Below, one piece after another: positions 37,672 to 46,117 of a stretch of DNA of 55,869 bases; position 1 is the stretch's first letter; the number at the start of each line of letters is the position of its first letter. Origin of the DNA: a virus. Lineage: Duplodnaviria > Caudoviricetes. Where the stretch lies: positions 1-55,869 of IMG/VR virus record IMGVR_UViG_3300012347_000446, one strand, 5' to 3'. Under the pieces are notes generated by a model. It was not told the DNA's origin, ran no database searches, and worked only from the letters and a program-made list of their open reading frames with translations. A program made the translations under genes and the position numbers.

Positions 37672-39138
37672 ATGGCATTAGAATTTCCTTCAAGCCCTAC
37701 AACAGGGCAAACATATGTAAACGGTAACCTTACCTGGAAGTGGAACGGCACTGCCTGGAATCCAGTAGGCGGTCAAACCGTAACCACTCAAGTTATTACC
37801 ACACCAGTATTTTCTACGCCTAGTCAAGCTGCAGTAGGACAAGTTGTGGTAGTAAAAGCGTCCGCCACAAGTTTGTTGGCTGGTGGCAGCATAGCTACCT
37901 TTAGAATTACTGTTCCTGGATTTGGTACTAACACAGTAGCTGCCACATCCAGCGCTGGTCAGTACAGTTTTACAACCAGCGGTAGTTTGGGTAACAGTAT
38001 TACTGTACAAGCACAAGCGGTAGACAACTACGGCAACTTATCTCCTGTTAATAGTTTTGAAATTGTACTAAGCACTAACTATGTAAACAAAGCAACAATT
38101 ACCTCTCCAGCTAACTTAGCTACCGGGGTATCAAATGGTTTAACAATTACTACTGCTGCCTTTGCTGTTACTGGTGGTTCTGATACCCTAGATCGTACTG
38201 AGTTTGAGATTCGCAATGCGGCAGATGTATTGTTATGGTCAACATTTGCAAGCTCATCTTTGACCACAACAGTTCCGGATAATACTGTGGCTGCTGGTGC
38301 TACGGTATTTATACGTGCTCGCCATGTTGGTGTTACCTATGGTTCTGGTCAGTGGAGTGACTTAACTCAGATTACCATGGAATCAAACTTAACGCCCAGC
38401 AAGTATGGTGATGCATATGCCGGCGGATTTTATGCTGGCAGAATCATAATGTCTGGCAACATTTATGCTATAGTTGTGGCACCGGCTAGTTCGGAAACCA
38501 CACTTGCTGCGGCTATCAATAGCACAAGCGGTACTTTAACCACAGGTGCAAAATCACTGTTTGATGGTTTGGCCAATACCAATGATCTTATCTTAAACAG
38601 CACAACATTTTGGCCTGCAGCATCCTATTGCTATAACCTTTCACTAAACAGCTACACAGATTGGTATCTGCCTAGTTTAATGGAGCTGGAATTAGCTTAT
38701 AGAACACTAAAACCCACGGATGCCCTCAATAGCCTTACTGAAGCGTATGATGCTAACATTGGCGGTAATACTAGTATAGTGAATGTGCCTTCTACTTGGA
38801 ACGGTAACTTAAACAATGAGTGGGGTTACGCTTCCGCAACTACAACTGCTGTTCCTGCTGGCGGGGGCACTTATACTAACAGTTCCGTAGCTACTTTTCC
38901 TGCTATGACTACTGCAACTGCATTTCAAAGCTCGCTGTTGCAGGAAGCTTTTGCCTCAGACACTTACTGGAGCTCTAGCGCTATTAGTGTTACAGTTGCT
39001 GGCCGGGAAAATTTAGGGTTTTTTAGGTTTACTGATGGTTATACCGAGGGTAGCGGAAGTGCTACAGGAAATACCATTTATACCACCCAAGTACGCAGAG
39101 TTAGACCATTTCGCAGAGTATTTTTAGGTACAGTATAA
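37672..39138 (+). CDS. Fibre/receptor-binding protein with Fn3-like and C-terminal DUF1566 (C-type-lectin-fold)-like domain
   Basis: GGFYAG, DGLANT, YTDWYLPSLMEL, YWSSS, VRPFRR motifs. Confidence 0.7.
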   Translation: MALEFPSSPTTGQTYVNGNLTWKWNGTAWNPVGGQTVTTQVITTPVFSTPSQAAVGQVVVVKASATSLLAGGSIATFRITVPGFGTNTVAATSSAGQYSFTTSGSLGNSITVQAQAVDNYGNLSPVNSFEIVLSTNYVNKATITSPANLATGVSNGLTITTAAFAVTGGSDTLDRTEFEIRNAADVLLWSTFASSSLTTTVPDNTVAAGATVFIRARHVGVTYGSGQWSDLTQITMESNLTPSKYGDAYAGGFYAGRIIMSGNIYAIVVAPASSETTLAAAINSTSGTLTTGAKSLFDGLANTNDLILNSTTFWPAASYCYNLSLNSYTDWYLPSLMELELAYRTLKPTDALNSLTEAYDANIGGNTSIVNVPSTWNGNLNNEWGYASATTTAVPAGGGTYTNSSVATFPAMTTATAFQSSLLQEAFASDTYWSSSAISVTVAGRENLGFFRFTDGYTEGSGSATGNTIYTTQVRRVRPFRRVFLGTV

Positions 39139-39605
39139 TGATAATTATAGTAACACACATTGATATTATAACAGGCGTTTCAGTAGCACAAGCTCCTGCC
39201 AAAAACGGACCTAAACTGCCGGAATTTGACAACCTCAGAGTATTGTGGGCCAAAACCAGCAAGTACCCTGCAGAAGTACCGGAGTTTGTTTGTGAGATCA
39301 CAGATGGACAAAATATTGAGGTTCAAGGAGTATTAGGTACTTATACCCCTGAGCAGGAGCAGGCGGCTTATTTGCAAGAGCTTGATGATCGTATTTTAAA
39401 AGATTACAATCAACGTGCAAAACCAATACGCAATCGCAGAAACGAATTATTAACTGCTTCTGATATATACGTAATAGCTGATTATCCAATTTCGGAAATC
39501 AAAAGAACCGAGTGGAAAGCATATCGACAAGCCTTGCGGGACGTTACTTTGCAAAGTACTTTTCCTGACTCCGTTGATTGGCCCACAGAACCTGCTAAGG
39601 AATAA
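39138..39605 (+). CDS. Tail fibre assembly chaperone
   Basis: IRNRRNELLTASD...WKAYRQALRDV...WPTEP. Confidence 0.85.
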   Translation: MIIIVTHIDIITGVSVAQAPAKNGPKLPEFDNLRVLWAKTSKYPAEVPEFVCEITDGQNIEVQGVLGTYTPEQEQAAYLQELDDRILKDYNQRAKPIRNRRNELLTASDIYVIADYPISEIKRTEWKAYRQALRDVTLQSTFPDSVDWPTEPAKE

Positions 39606-39607
39606 CA

Positions 39608-40018
39608 ATGGCAATCAATTTTCCTTCAAGCCCTGCAACAGGGCAAACATTTACTAGTGCAGGTAAAACTTGGTATTGGACAGGCAGTTCTTGGTCAGCA
39701 AGTAATAATATATTTGCTTCACCAACAATTGCCGTAGCCGCACTAGATATTAATTGTAGCTCTAGCAATTATTTTACAAAAACTATTGCCGCCAACAGTA
39801 CTTTTACTTTTAGCAACGTGCCAGCAACTGGTGTTGCTTATAGTTTTACCCTTGAGCTTACTCACACAAGTGGTACAGTAACGTGGCCTGTTAGCGTAAA
39901 ATGGGCAGGAGATACTACCCCACTGTTAACCACAGGCAAAACTCACCTGTTTATGTTTGTAACAGATGATGGTGGCACACGTTGGCGCGCGTCGTCGCTG
40001 CTTAACTTTGTAAACTAA
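39608..40018 (+). CDS. Short fibre anchor protein
   Basis: FPSSPATGQT N-terminus; TFTFSNVP...TWPVSVKW...TDDGGTRW. Confidence 0.65.
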   Translation: MAINFPSSPATGQTFTSAGKTWYWTGSSWSASNNIFASPTIAVAALDINCSSSNYFTKTIAANSTFTFSNVPATGVAYSFTLELTHTSGTVTWPVSVKWAGDTTPLLTTGKTHLFMFVTDDGGTRWRASSLLNFVN

Positions 40019-40019
40019 T

Positions 40020-41402
40020 ATGGATAAAACTACACAAAGGCTAATGTCCGGCACAGCCGCTGTGCCTTCAGAAAAGTGGATTGTAAAATACACCACTAGT
40101 TTACCGAATACGGCGTACCTGCCATTTAGTACTTCTGCTGGAGGTTTATTAACTTCAAATGGCACTAATACATTTTTAGTGCTTGGTTATAGCAGCAGTT
40201 CTAAATATGTTACCTTAAATACCTATGGAGATATTACTCAATCTGTGGACGGAACAAACTCTGTACAGTATGAGTGGCCTTACTCTTTGGGTCAATATGT
40301 TGGTACCAGTTACTATTTAACCTCACTTTATAATTACACATTTAATTCAACACTATCAACCGTAATTAGCAGAACTATAGTTGATAATGCATTAGACGCT
40401 ACCAGTAGTTATAATATAAGCAGAGTTTACTATAATAATACGTTTACCTGGGGTTTAGGTCGTAGAAATACTACAATATCAAGTTTAGCTATTGTAATGT
40501 TTAATTCCTCAAATGTTACTCAGTGGATAAGAAATATAACTCCACCAACTAATTATCAATTTAGCGAAATAGCCATGTGCCCTGTAGCTAGCGACATGGA
40601 AATTCTTGCTGAAATGTATGATCCTAACGGTACACTATTAAATAAAGTATTTACCGCAAAAGTTGCTAACAGCTCCGGAACTGTTAGTGTTCAAAGATTA
40701 ATAGGCGACTCGGTTTATAGCTTAAGACCTGTATGTATGGTTGCTGATACTAGCAATAAATATATAGTGGTAACAAGCTCACTTGAAGAAACTTATTTGC
40801 TAAAAATAAACGCTGCAGGTACTTTGCAGTGGCAAAAAAGAATAGCCTCATCTGATATTTACTTTTATCAACCAAGTTACACAGACGTAAATGGAGAAAT
40901 AATTGCCATAGACTCAGTCGGAGATATATATCTAGTAAGAGGATCAACCGCGTACCTAGACCAAGTATTTATTAAAGTAACAAAAATAAATACGGCCGGA
41001 ACCGTTGTTTTTACTAATACTATTTCAATACCAAGCTTATCATCTGGTAATTACAGACCCGGCCAAGCAATTGTACTAGTATCTGGAACCAGTGTAGTAG
41101 TAAGTGCAACATACTACGATTATACTTTAAACCCAACTAATTTAACCAGTTGTTTTATTAAGTTTTCAACCGCAGACAGTACCCTACCACTTGGTACTTA
41201 TCAAATAGCTGGACACCCAGATCTTTATATTTCTAGTGATACTGGCACTTCACTGCCTACGTCAACTCTGTCTGTTACTACAGTTTCGTATACTACAAGT
41301 ACTTTATCGACTACTTATATATCTAAAGTTGACTCAAATGACTCGCAGTATTTTATTACTTCTACTAATGTTCCAAGCATAAGTAAGGCACAATTACCAT
41401 GA
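40020..41402 (+). CDS. Putative beta-propeller receptor-binding protein
   Basis: LLKINAAGTLQWQK and IAIDSVGDIY repeats; Ser/Thr/Tyr-rich. Confidence 0.55.
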   Translation: MDKTTQRLMSGTAAVPSEKWIVKYTTSLPNTAYLPFSTSAGGLLTSNGTNTFLVLGYSSSSKYVTLNTYGDITQSVDGTNSVQYEWPYSLGQYVGTSYYLTSLYNYTFNSTLSTVISRTIVDNALDATSSYNISRVYYNNTFTWGLGRRNTTISSLAIVMFNSSNVTQWIRNITPPTNYQFSEIAMCPVASDMEILAEMYDPNGTLLNKVFTAKVANSSGTVSVQRLIGDSVYSLRPVCMVADTSNKYIVVTSSLEETYLLKINAAGTLQWQKRIASSDIYFYQPSYTDVNGEIIAIDSVGDIYLVRGSTAYLDQVFIKVTKINTAGTVVFTNTISIPSLSSGNYRPGQAIVLVSGTSVVVSATYYDYTLNPTNLTSCFIKFSTADSTLPLGTYQIAGHPDLYISSDTGTSLPTSTLSVTTVSYTTSTLSTTYISKVDSNDSQYFITSTNVPSISKAQLP

Positions 41403-41836
41403 CACAATATATTAATACCGAAACATTGGAATACCCAGTATTTCAACAAGATATTATTGCTGCGTTTCCAAACACATCTTTTGAATCTGACTTTAAAGCC
41501 CCGTATCCTTTTGCAGAAGTTTTTGAAGCAGAAACAATTAATCAAGGACCTTATCAAAAAATAACAGAAGTACTTCCAGTATACAGCAATGGGCACTGGA
41601 ATAAAACTTATGCTATTGAAGATATGACAGCAGCGGAAATACAAGCAGTCAATATTAAAAAAGGATCTTTGATTAGAAATAAACGTAATGTTTTACTAAC
41701 TCAATCAGACTGGACCCAAGTTGCAGATGCCCCCGTAAATCAGCAAGCTTGGGCAACCTACCGCCAAGCACTGCGAAACATTACACAGCAACCTGGATTT
41801 CCACTAGAAATCACGTGGCCCACACAACCGGAGTAA
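41399..41836 (+). CDS. Second tail fibre assembly chaperone
   Basis: IRNKRNVLLTQSDWTQ...WATYRQALRNI...WPTQP. Confidence 0.85.
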   Translation: MTQYINTETLEYPVFQQDIIAAFPNTSFESDFKAPYPFAEVFEAETINQGPYQKITEVLPVYSNGHWNKTYAIEDMTAAEIQAVNIKKGSLIRNKRNVLLTQSDWTQVADAPVNQQAWATYRQALRNITQQPGFPLEITWPTQPE

Positions 41837-41839
41837 CCT

Positions 41840-42313
41840 ATGGTAATAGAAACACTACTAAGCGGAGTATTCGGCGGGTTACTTCGCCTTGCTCCAGAAG
41901 CAATGAAAATCTTTGATCGAAAAAATGAGCGAGAGCATGAACTAAAAATGCTGCAACTTGAGCACGAATTTGCCAAAACCAAAGCTGAAGCGCAAATTCG
42001 TCAAGGTGAACAGCAAGTTAACATCAAAGAGTTTGAAGCAATCAGTGCAGCTATTGAAGAACAATCTAAAACTTCACAAGCCGCTGGTTGGTTTATTGCT
42101 GCAATTAATGCACTAGTACGACCAACTACAACTTACTTGTTTTTAGGCTGCTACTTTTTGGTTAAAGCTGCACTATATTCTATGGCTACGGTTGCGGGAG
42201 CACCTTGGAATGAAGTAGTTATTGCACTTTGGACCAAAGATGATATTGCAATCCTATTCATGATTATCTCATTCTGGTTTGTAGGACGAGTATATGAACG
42301 AAAAGGCAGTTGA
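41840..42313 (+). CDS. Holin-like membrane protein
   Basis: VRP motif followed by two TM helices and FWFVGR; overlaps the lysozyme gene. Confidence 0.6.
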   Translation: MVIETLLSGVFGGLLRLAPEAMKIFDRKNEREHELKMLQLEHEFAKTKAEAQIRQGEQQVNIKEFEAISAAIEEQSKTSQAAGWFIAAINALVRPTTTYLFLGCYFLVKAALYSMATVAGAPWNEVVIALWTKDDIAILFMIISFWFVGRVYERKGS

Positions 42314-42752
42314 GCTAGCCACACAACTATGTATACATTTTGAGGGATTTTCTAGTACTCCCTACTTATGTCCGGCTGGATATTGGACTATAGGTTACGG
42401 TACTGTTTACAAGCCGGATGGTAGTCGTGTTACTGCTGCACATCCGGCTATATCTCGTGAAACTGCACTAGTTTGGTTGCAGCATGAAATAACTCACAAT
42501 TATATGCCGGCTGTGTTAAGTGTTACACCTGGTGCAGCCAAGTACCCAATGCTCTTAGGAGCACTTACAGACTTTGCTTACAACCTAGGCGGCCCACGCT
42601 ACCGTGCTAGTACACTAGCCAAGCGTGTACGTGACGAGCAGTGGACAGAAGCACGTAGCCAGCTATTGTTGTGGAACAAAGGCGGCGGCCGAGTCCTTCC
42701 AGGACTAGTTCGCCGCAGAGCAGCAGAAGCAAAATTCTTTCCGCAAAACTAA
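42294..42752 (+). CDS. Endolysin, GH24 lysozyme
   Basis: FEGF...YLCPAGYWTIGYG (E-x8-C-x5-T), FAYNLG, LPGLVRRRAAE. Confidence 0.92.
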   Translation: MNEKAVELATQLCIHFEGFSSTPYLCPAGYWTIGYGTVYKPDGSRVTAAHPAISRETALVWLQHEITHNYMPAVLSVTPGAAKYPMLLGALTDFAYNLGGPRYRASTLAKRVRDEQWTEARSQLLLWNKGGGRVLPGLVRRRAAEAKFFPQN

Positions 42753-42760
42753 AAATCGGA

Positions 42761-42789
42761 TTGACACCAAAACCTACAACTGGTATAAT
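42761..42789 (+). promoter_or_regulatory. Consensus promoter for phoH
   Basis: TTGACA-17-TGgTATAAT. Confidence 0.85.
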
Positions 42790-42843
42790 TTAAACTTGTA
42801 AATACCTAGCAGTATTTTTCTATTTACAAATCCAAGGAACCCA

Positions 42844-43602
42844 ATGGCAAGAAATAGTGGTAAAACCCATCGCACCTTCCCAGCAAAAAAGTCTAGCAAA
42901 CAACCCACACGCGAACAGCAAAGTACTTGGCGTGCTGAAAAACAAGCTGGTGAAGATGTACCAAAAGTCTCCAGAAATTACACATTTAAAGAAGTTAAAC
43001 CACTAAACTTCATCCAAGGCGAGTATTTATCCGCCATTGAATCAAATGACATAGTTTTTGGAATCGGATCAGCAGGCACTGGCAAAACATTTATTGCCGC
43101 CAGTTATGCAGCTGCTGAGCTATATTACAAACGTATTGATAAAATCATACTTACCAGACCCAATGTTGAAACTGGGCGAGGCATGGGATTTTTACCTGGC
43201 GAGCTTGACGAAAAGTACGCACCATACCTGCAACCATTTGATCAAGTGTTTACACGAGCACTAGGCAAAGGGTTCTATGAATACTCGCTAAAAGTCAAGG
43301 ATATCGACCCTAAACCGCTGGGATTTATGCGTGGAGCAAGTTTTGAAGACTGCATTATTTTAGTTGATGAAGCACAAAACTTAACCAAAACTGAGTTTAA
43401 AATGTTGCTATCACGCATTGGCAAAAACTGCAAGGTTATCTTGAGTGGCGACCCAAAACAAACTGATATTACTGACTCAGGTCTTTTAGACGCTACCAAG
43501 CGATTAAGCGGTATTCCTGGTGTTGAAGTAATTACTTTTCAAGATTCGGATATTGTGCGTAGTGCAATGTGCAAGCAAGTTATCTTAGCCTATAACAATT
43601 AA
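42844..43602 (+). CDS. phoH: PhoH-family ATPase
   Basis: GSAGTGKT, GFLPG, FMRG, DEAQN, SRIG, GDPKQTD. Confidence 0.95.
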   Translation: MARNSGKTHRTFPAKKSSKQPTREQQSTWRAEKQAGEDVPKVSRNYTFKEVKPLNFIQGEYLSAIESNDIVFGIGSAGTGKTFIAASYAAAELYYKRIDKIILTRPNVETGRGMGFLPGELDEKYAPYLQPFDQVFTRALGKGFYEYSLKVKDIDPKPLGFMRGASFEDCIILVDEAQNLTKTEFKMLLSRIGKNCKVILSGDPKQTDITDSGLLDATKRLSGIPGVEVITFQDSDIVRSAMCKQVILAYNN

Positions 43603-43604
43603 AC

Positions 43605-43644
43605 AAAAAGCCCCACGCTATTGCTAGTGTGGGGCTTCTTTTTT
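43605..43644. terminator. Bidirectional terminator between phoH and dps
   Basis: AAAAAGCCCCAC...GTGGGGCTTCTTTTTT. Confidence 0.8.
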
Positions 43645-44080
43645 ATGGTTGCATTGTTGAATACAACATCCAACCATGTTTACGGTGTGCATCAATGCGT
43701 TCACTTAAAAACGCACCAAGTCCGTGTTCACCTTCAGATTCTGCAAGTGAGTATGCTTGCATTAACGCCGCGTGAATTTTTCCGTTGTCAACGTATAGTG
43801 TACGTACCATCTCGGCTGGTGGCAATACTTCCAGCGTATCAAGAATCGTCGAATGTTCACTAAGTTGGCTAAAACTAGCAGGAACATAGCAGCGTACAGC
43901 ACGAACACGCTCAGCAAAGTCGTCCAGCTCATCATCTACCTCATCATAAATTTTTCCAAATAGTTCATGATACTGCATGAAATTTGGGCCTGTTACATTC
44001 CAGTGAAAGTTTTCTGCTTTGACTAAGAATGCATAGGTTGTTGCAAAAGCGCGTTTAAGCGCAAGTTTAAGTTCTTCCAT
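43643..44080 (-). CDS. dps: Dps / ferritin-like DNA protection protein
   Basis: HWNVTGPNF...HELF...DDFAERVRA ferroxidase signature; KHGWML. Confidence 0.92.
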   Translation of the reverse strand: MEELKLALKRAFATTYAFLVKAENFHWNVTGPNFMQYHELFGKIYDEVDDELDDFAERVRAVRCYVPASFSQLSEHSTILDTLEVLPPAEMVRTLYVDNGKIHAALMQAYSLAESEGEHGLGAFLSERIDAHRKHGWMLYSTMQP

Positions 44081-44089
44081 GTTATTTCC

Positions 44090-44686
44090 TTATATTGTCC
44101 ACCAGTTTCCATTATTAAAAATTACACTAACTGATTCATAAGGAGTTGTCATTGTAATTGTGGTAACGCCGTTTATTAAACTAGGTGATTCTGGTTGTAA
44201 GATTAGTTTTCTGTTACCCACAGGTGCACCAAACTCTAGTTTGATAGTGTACCTGGTTCCTGAGGGTACTGTGTTAGGCAGCTTGACAGTTGCTTTGTCT
44301 TTTAGTTGTGCACCAATATAGCAATCGGCTTCACTTGCGCAATAGTCCGAGGTAATAGTCACTGTGTTACACTCGCAGCCCTCGCAAGGTTCTGATGGAC
44401 CAGGAGGTCCAGGCGGTCCAATTACTGATCCTGCGTCTAGCACAGTACCATCACTTAGTGTAAGTAATAGGTTTCCTGGGTTAGGGCTTACTTCGGCCCC
44501 TACCACACTTATTCCATCTGTGCCATTAGCACCAGGTATTCCTTGTGGGCCTGCTGGCCCTTCTGGTCCTGGTACTGGCGTACCTCCAACCACACTGTTA
44601 ATAAACAAATCATTGTCTTCAATGGTTGGTGGCAGCGGCAAATACAGTGGCATAGGCCAACCAAAAGGCATAAATTGTTGTTGCAT
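44090..44686 (-). CDS. Collagen-like protein with Cys-rich linker and C-terminal beta domain
   Basis: GPEGPAGPQGIPG and GPPGPPGP triplets; PCEGCECN. Confidence 0.75.
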   Translation of the reverse strand: MQQQFMPFGWPMPLYLPLPPTIEDNDLFINSVVGGTPVPGPEGPAGPQGIPGANGTDGISVVGAEVSPNPGNLLLTLSDGTVLDAGSVIGPPGPPGPSEPCEGCECNTVTITSDYCASEADCYIGAQLKDKATVKLPNTVPSGTRYTIKLEFGAPVGNRKLILQPESPSLINGVTTITMTTPYESVSVIFNNGNWWTI

Positions 44687-44701
44687 AACAACTCCTTTAT
44701 G

Positions 44702-44735
44702 AAAAAAGCCCCCACGACTTGTGGTCTTGGGGGCT
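44702..44735 (-). terminator. Terminator/attenuator between the 304-aa gene and the collagen gene
   Basis: AGCCCCCA/TGGGGGCT stem plus T6 on the minus strand. Confidence 0.7.
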
Positions 44736-44743
44736 AGGACTAA

Positions 44744-45658
44744 TTAACGAATGTTAGTGTTAGTGTTTGCTGGGTTAGCAGTTAGTGTGCCGCTTCCAAC
44801 GTTGATTGCTTCATTTGTTGAACGAATACTTTGACCTAGGCTCCAGATCAAGTTGGCCAATTGACCGTACTGGGCTTGTTGTTGTTGCTGTTGTTGCATC
44901 TGATTGATGTTGTTGGTTGTTGTAACTTCAACACCACGTGCAGCATTACCACTGAACTCGCGACTACGTAGTTCAATAATTGCAGCATTAGCATCAGCTA
45001 ATTGACGCTGTAGGTTTAATTCGTACTGTTGTGTGATTAGTGCACGAGTCTTTTCACCGTCAGCACTAATATCCTTGCTTAGCTCATAACGATTTTCCAT
45101 GATGTTTTGGTTAATCGCTGCTTGGCCTTGCATTAAGGCAACTGCATTAGTATTAACAACATCTTTTAAGTTATCAGTACGAGCAGCCAGTGAGCTAGCT
45201 ACGTTGTTTAGTTGAGTTGTAATACCAAGAGTTTGTGTAGCTTGTGAAGCTTCCATTGAGGCTGTTGAAACTGCTGTTGCTTTATCAACTGCACCAATTG
45301 CTGCCATTAAGTCCATGTTAGCTTGGTTTTGTTCTGGAGGGTTACGTAGTGTTGCACCTAAGGCTGCTCCACTGCCATCGCCGCCTAATAGATTTCCGTT
45401 GTTGCGTAGTAAGCTTCCTAGGATAAGACCGCCAATTAAGCCGCCTCCACCACCGAAAACACCGTCACCACCGCCACTCATCATCATTCCTGCTGGGTTT
45501 AAAATTTCTGCCATTTTAGGCTCCTTTAAAGTTTCTTTAAGTTGAGATGCTAGTTGCTTGTAATACTCGTCAGCAAAACTAGCTTGTTGTTTTAGCGCTT
45601 CCATAGCTTCTGCAGTTGCTTCTGCAGAAACAGGTACGCCAGTTTTTGTATCATCCAT
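44744..45658 (-). CDS. Hypothetical Gly-rich hydrophobic / coiled-coil / polyQ-N protein; alternative start at 45514
   Basis: GGGGGLIGGLILGSLL, DGEKTRALI, NNINQMQQQQQQQAQ; AAGGAG SD before ATG 45514. Confidence 0.8.
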   Translation of the reverse strand: MDDTKTGVPVSAEATAEAMEALKQQASFADEYYKQLASQLKETLKEPKMAEILNPAGMMMSGGGDGVFGGGGGLIGGLILGSLLRNNGNLLGGDGSGAALGATLRNPPEQNQANMDLMAAIGAVDKATAVSTASMEASQATQTLGITTQLNNVASSLAARTDNLKDVVNTNAVALMQGQAAINQNIMENRYELSKDISADGEKTRALITQQYELNLQRQLADANAAIIELRSREFSGNAARGVEVTTTNNINQMQQQQQQQAQYGQLANLIWSLGQSIRSTNEAINVGSGTLTANPANTNTNIR

Positions 45659-45737
45659 ATTGTGTGAATTCCTATATAGTGGATTGATATGATACTGCGT
45701 ATCACTGCGCAGCTCACAAATCTTGTGAACTGATATA

Positions 45738-45766
45738 ATTATACAACAGTTTTTAAACTAGCGCAA
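45738..45766 (-). promoter_or_regulatory. Promoter for the accessory module
   Basis: TTGCGC-17-TATAAT. Confidence 0.65.
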
Positions 45767-45868
45767 CGCAACTTTTAGGGTTCCAGGAGCAAAAATGCAC
45801 GGTAACAAGAAATTATGCAGGATATTTTTGGGCAAGTGCATTGGCGCACCCTAACAATTTTTGACGAC

Positions 45869-45905
45869 AAAAAAGCCCCCGAGTTTTGCAACGCGGGGGC
45901 TTTTT
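45869..45905 (-). terminator. Terminator of the nrdJ operon
   Basis: AAAAAAGCCCCCG...CGGGGGCTTTTT. Confidence 0.85.
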
Positions 45906-45915
45906 CTTTGCCTAT

Positions 45916-46110
45916 TTATTCGGCAGCTTTTTCAACTTGTGATTCTTGAACTTGTTGAGCTTGCATTGCTGCAATCTGCTCTTGAGCTTGAGCTTTGATC
46001 TTCTCACTCAATGGATTGCAGATTTTAGCAGGCAACTCTTGTAGCGATGCCAAGATAATGTTGGCTTCTTCAAGATTTAAGGCAAAAGTAAAAATTGGGT
46101 TTTCGTTCAT
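45916..46110 (-). CDS. Small hypothetical protein
   Basis: 64 aa, LEEANIILASLQELP; directly after nrdJ. Confidence 0.7.
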   Translation of the reverse strand: MNENPIFTFALNLEEANIILASLQELPAKICNPLSEKIKAQAQEQIAAMQAQQVQESQVEKAAE

Positions 46111-46117
46111 GGTTTAT

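Noticed and set aside
38950-39138. DUF1566/C-type lectin C-terminus as a diversity-generating retroelement target
   Set aside because: No template repeat copy and no reverse transcriptase seen in this window; a remote DGR cannot be excluded
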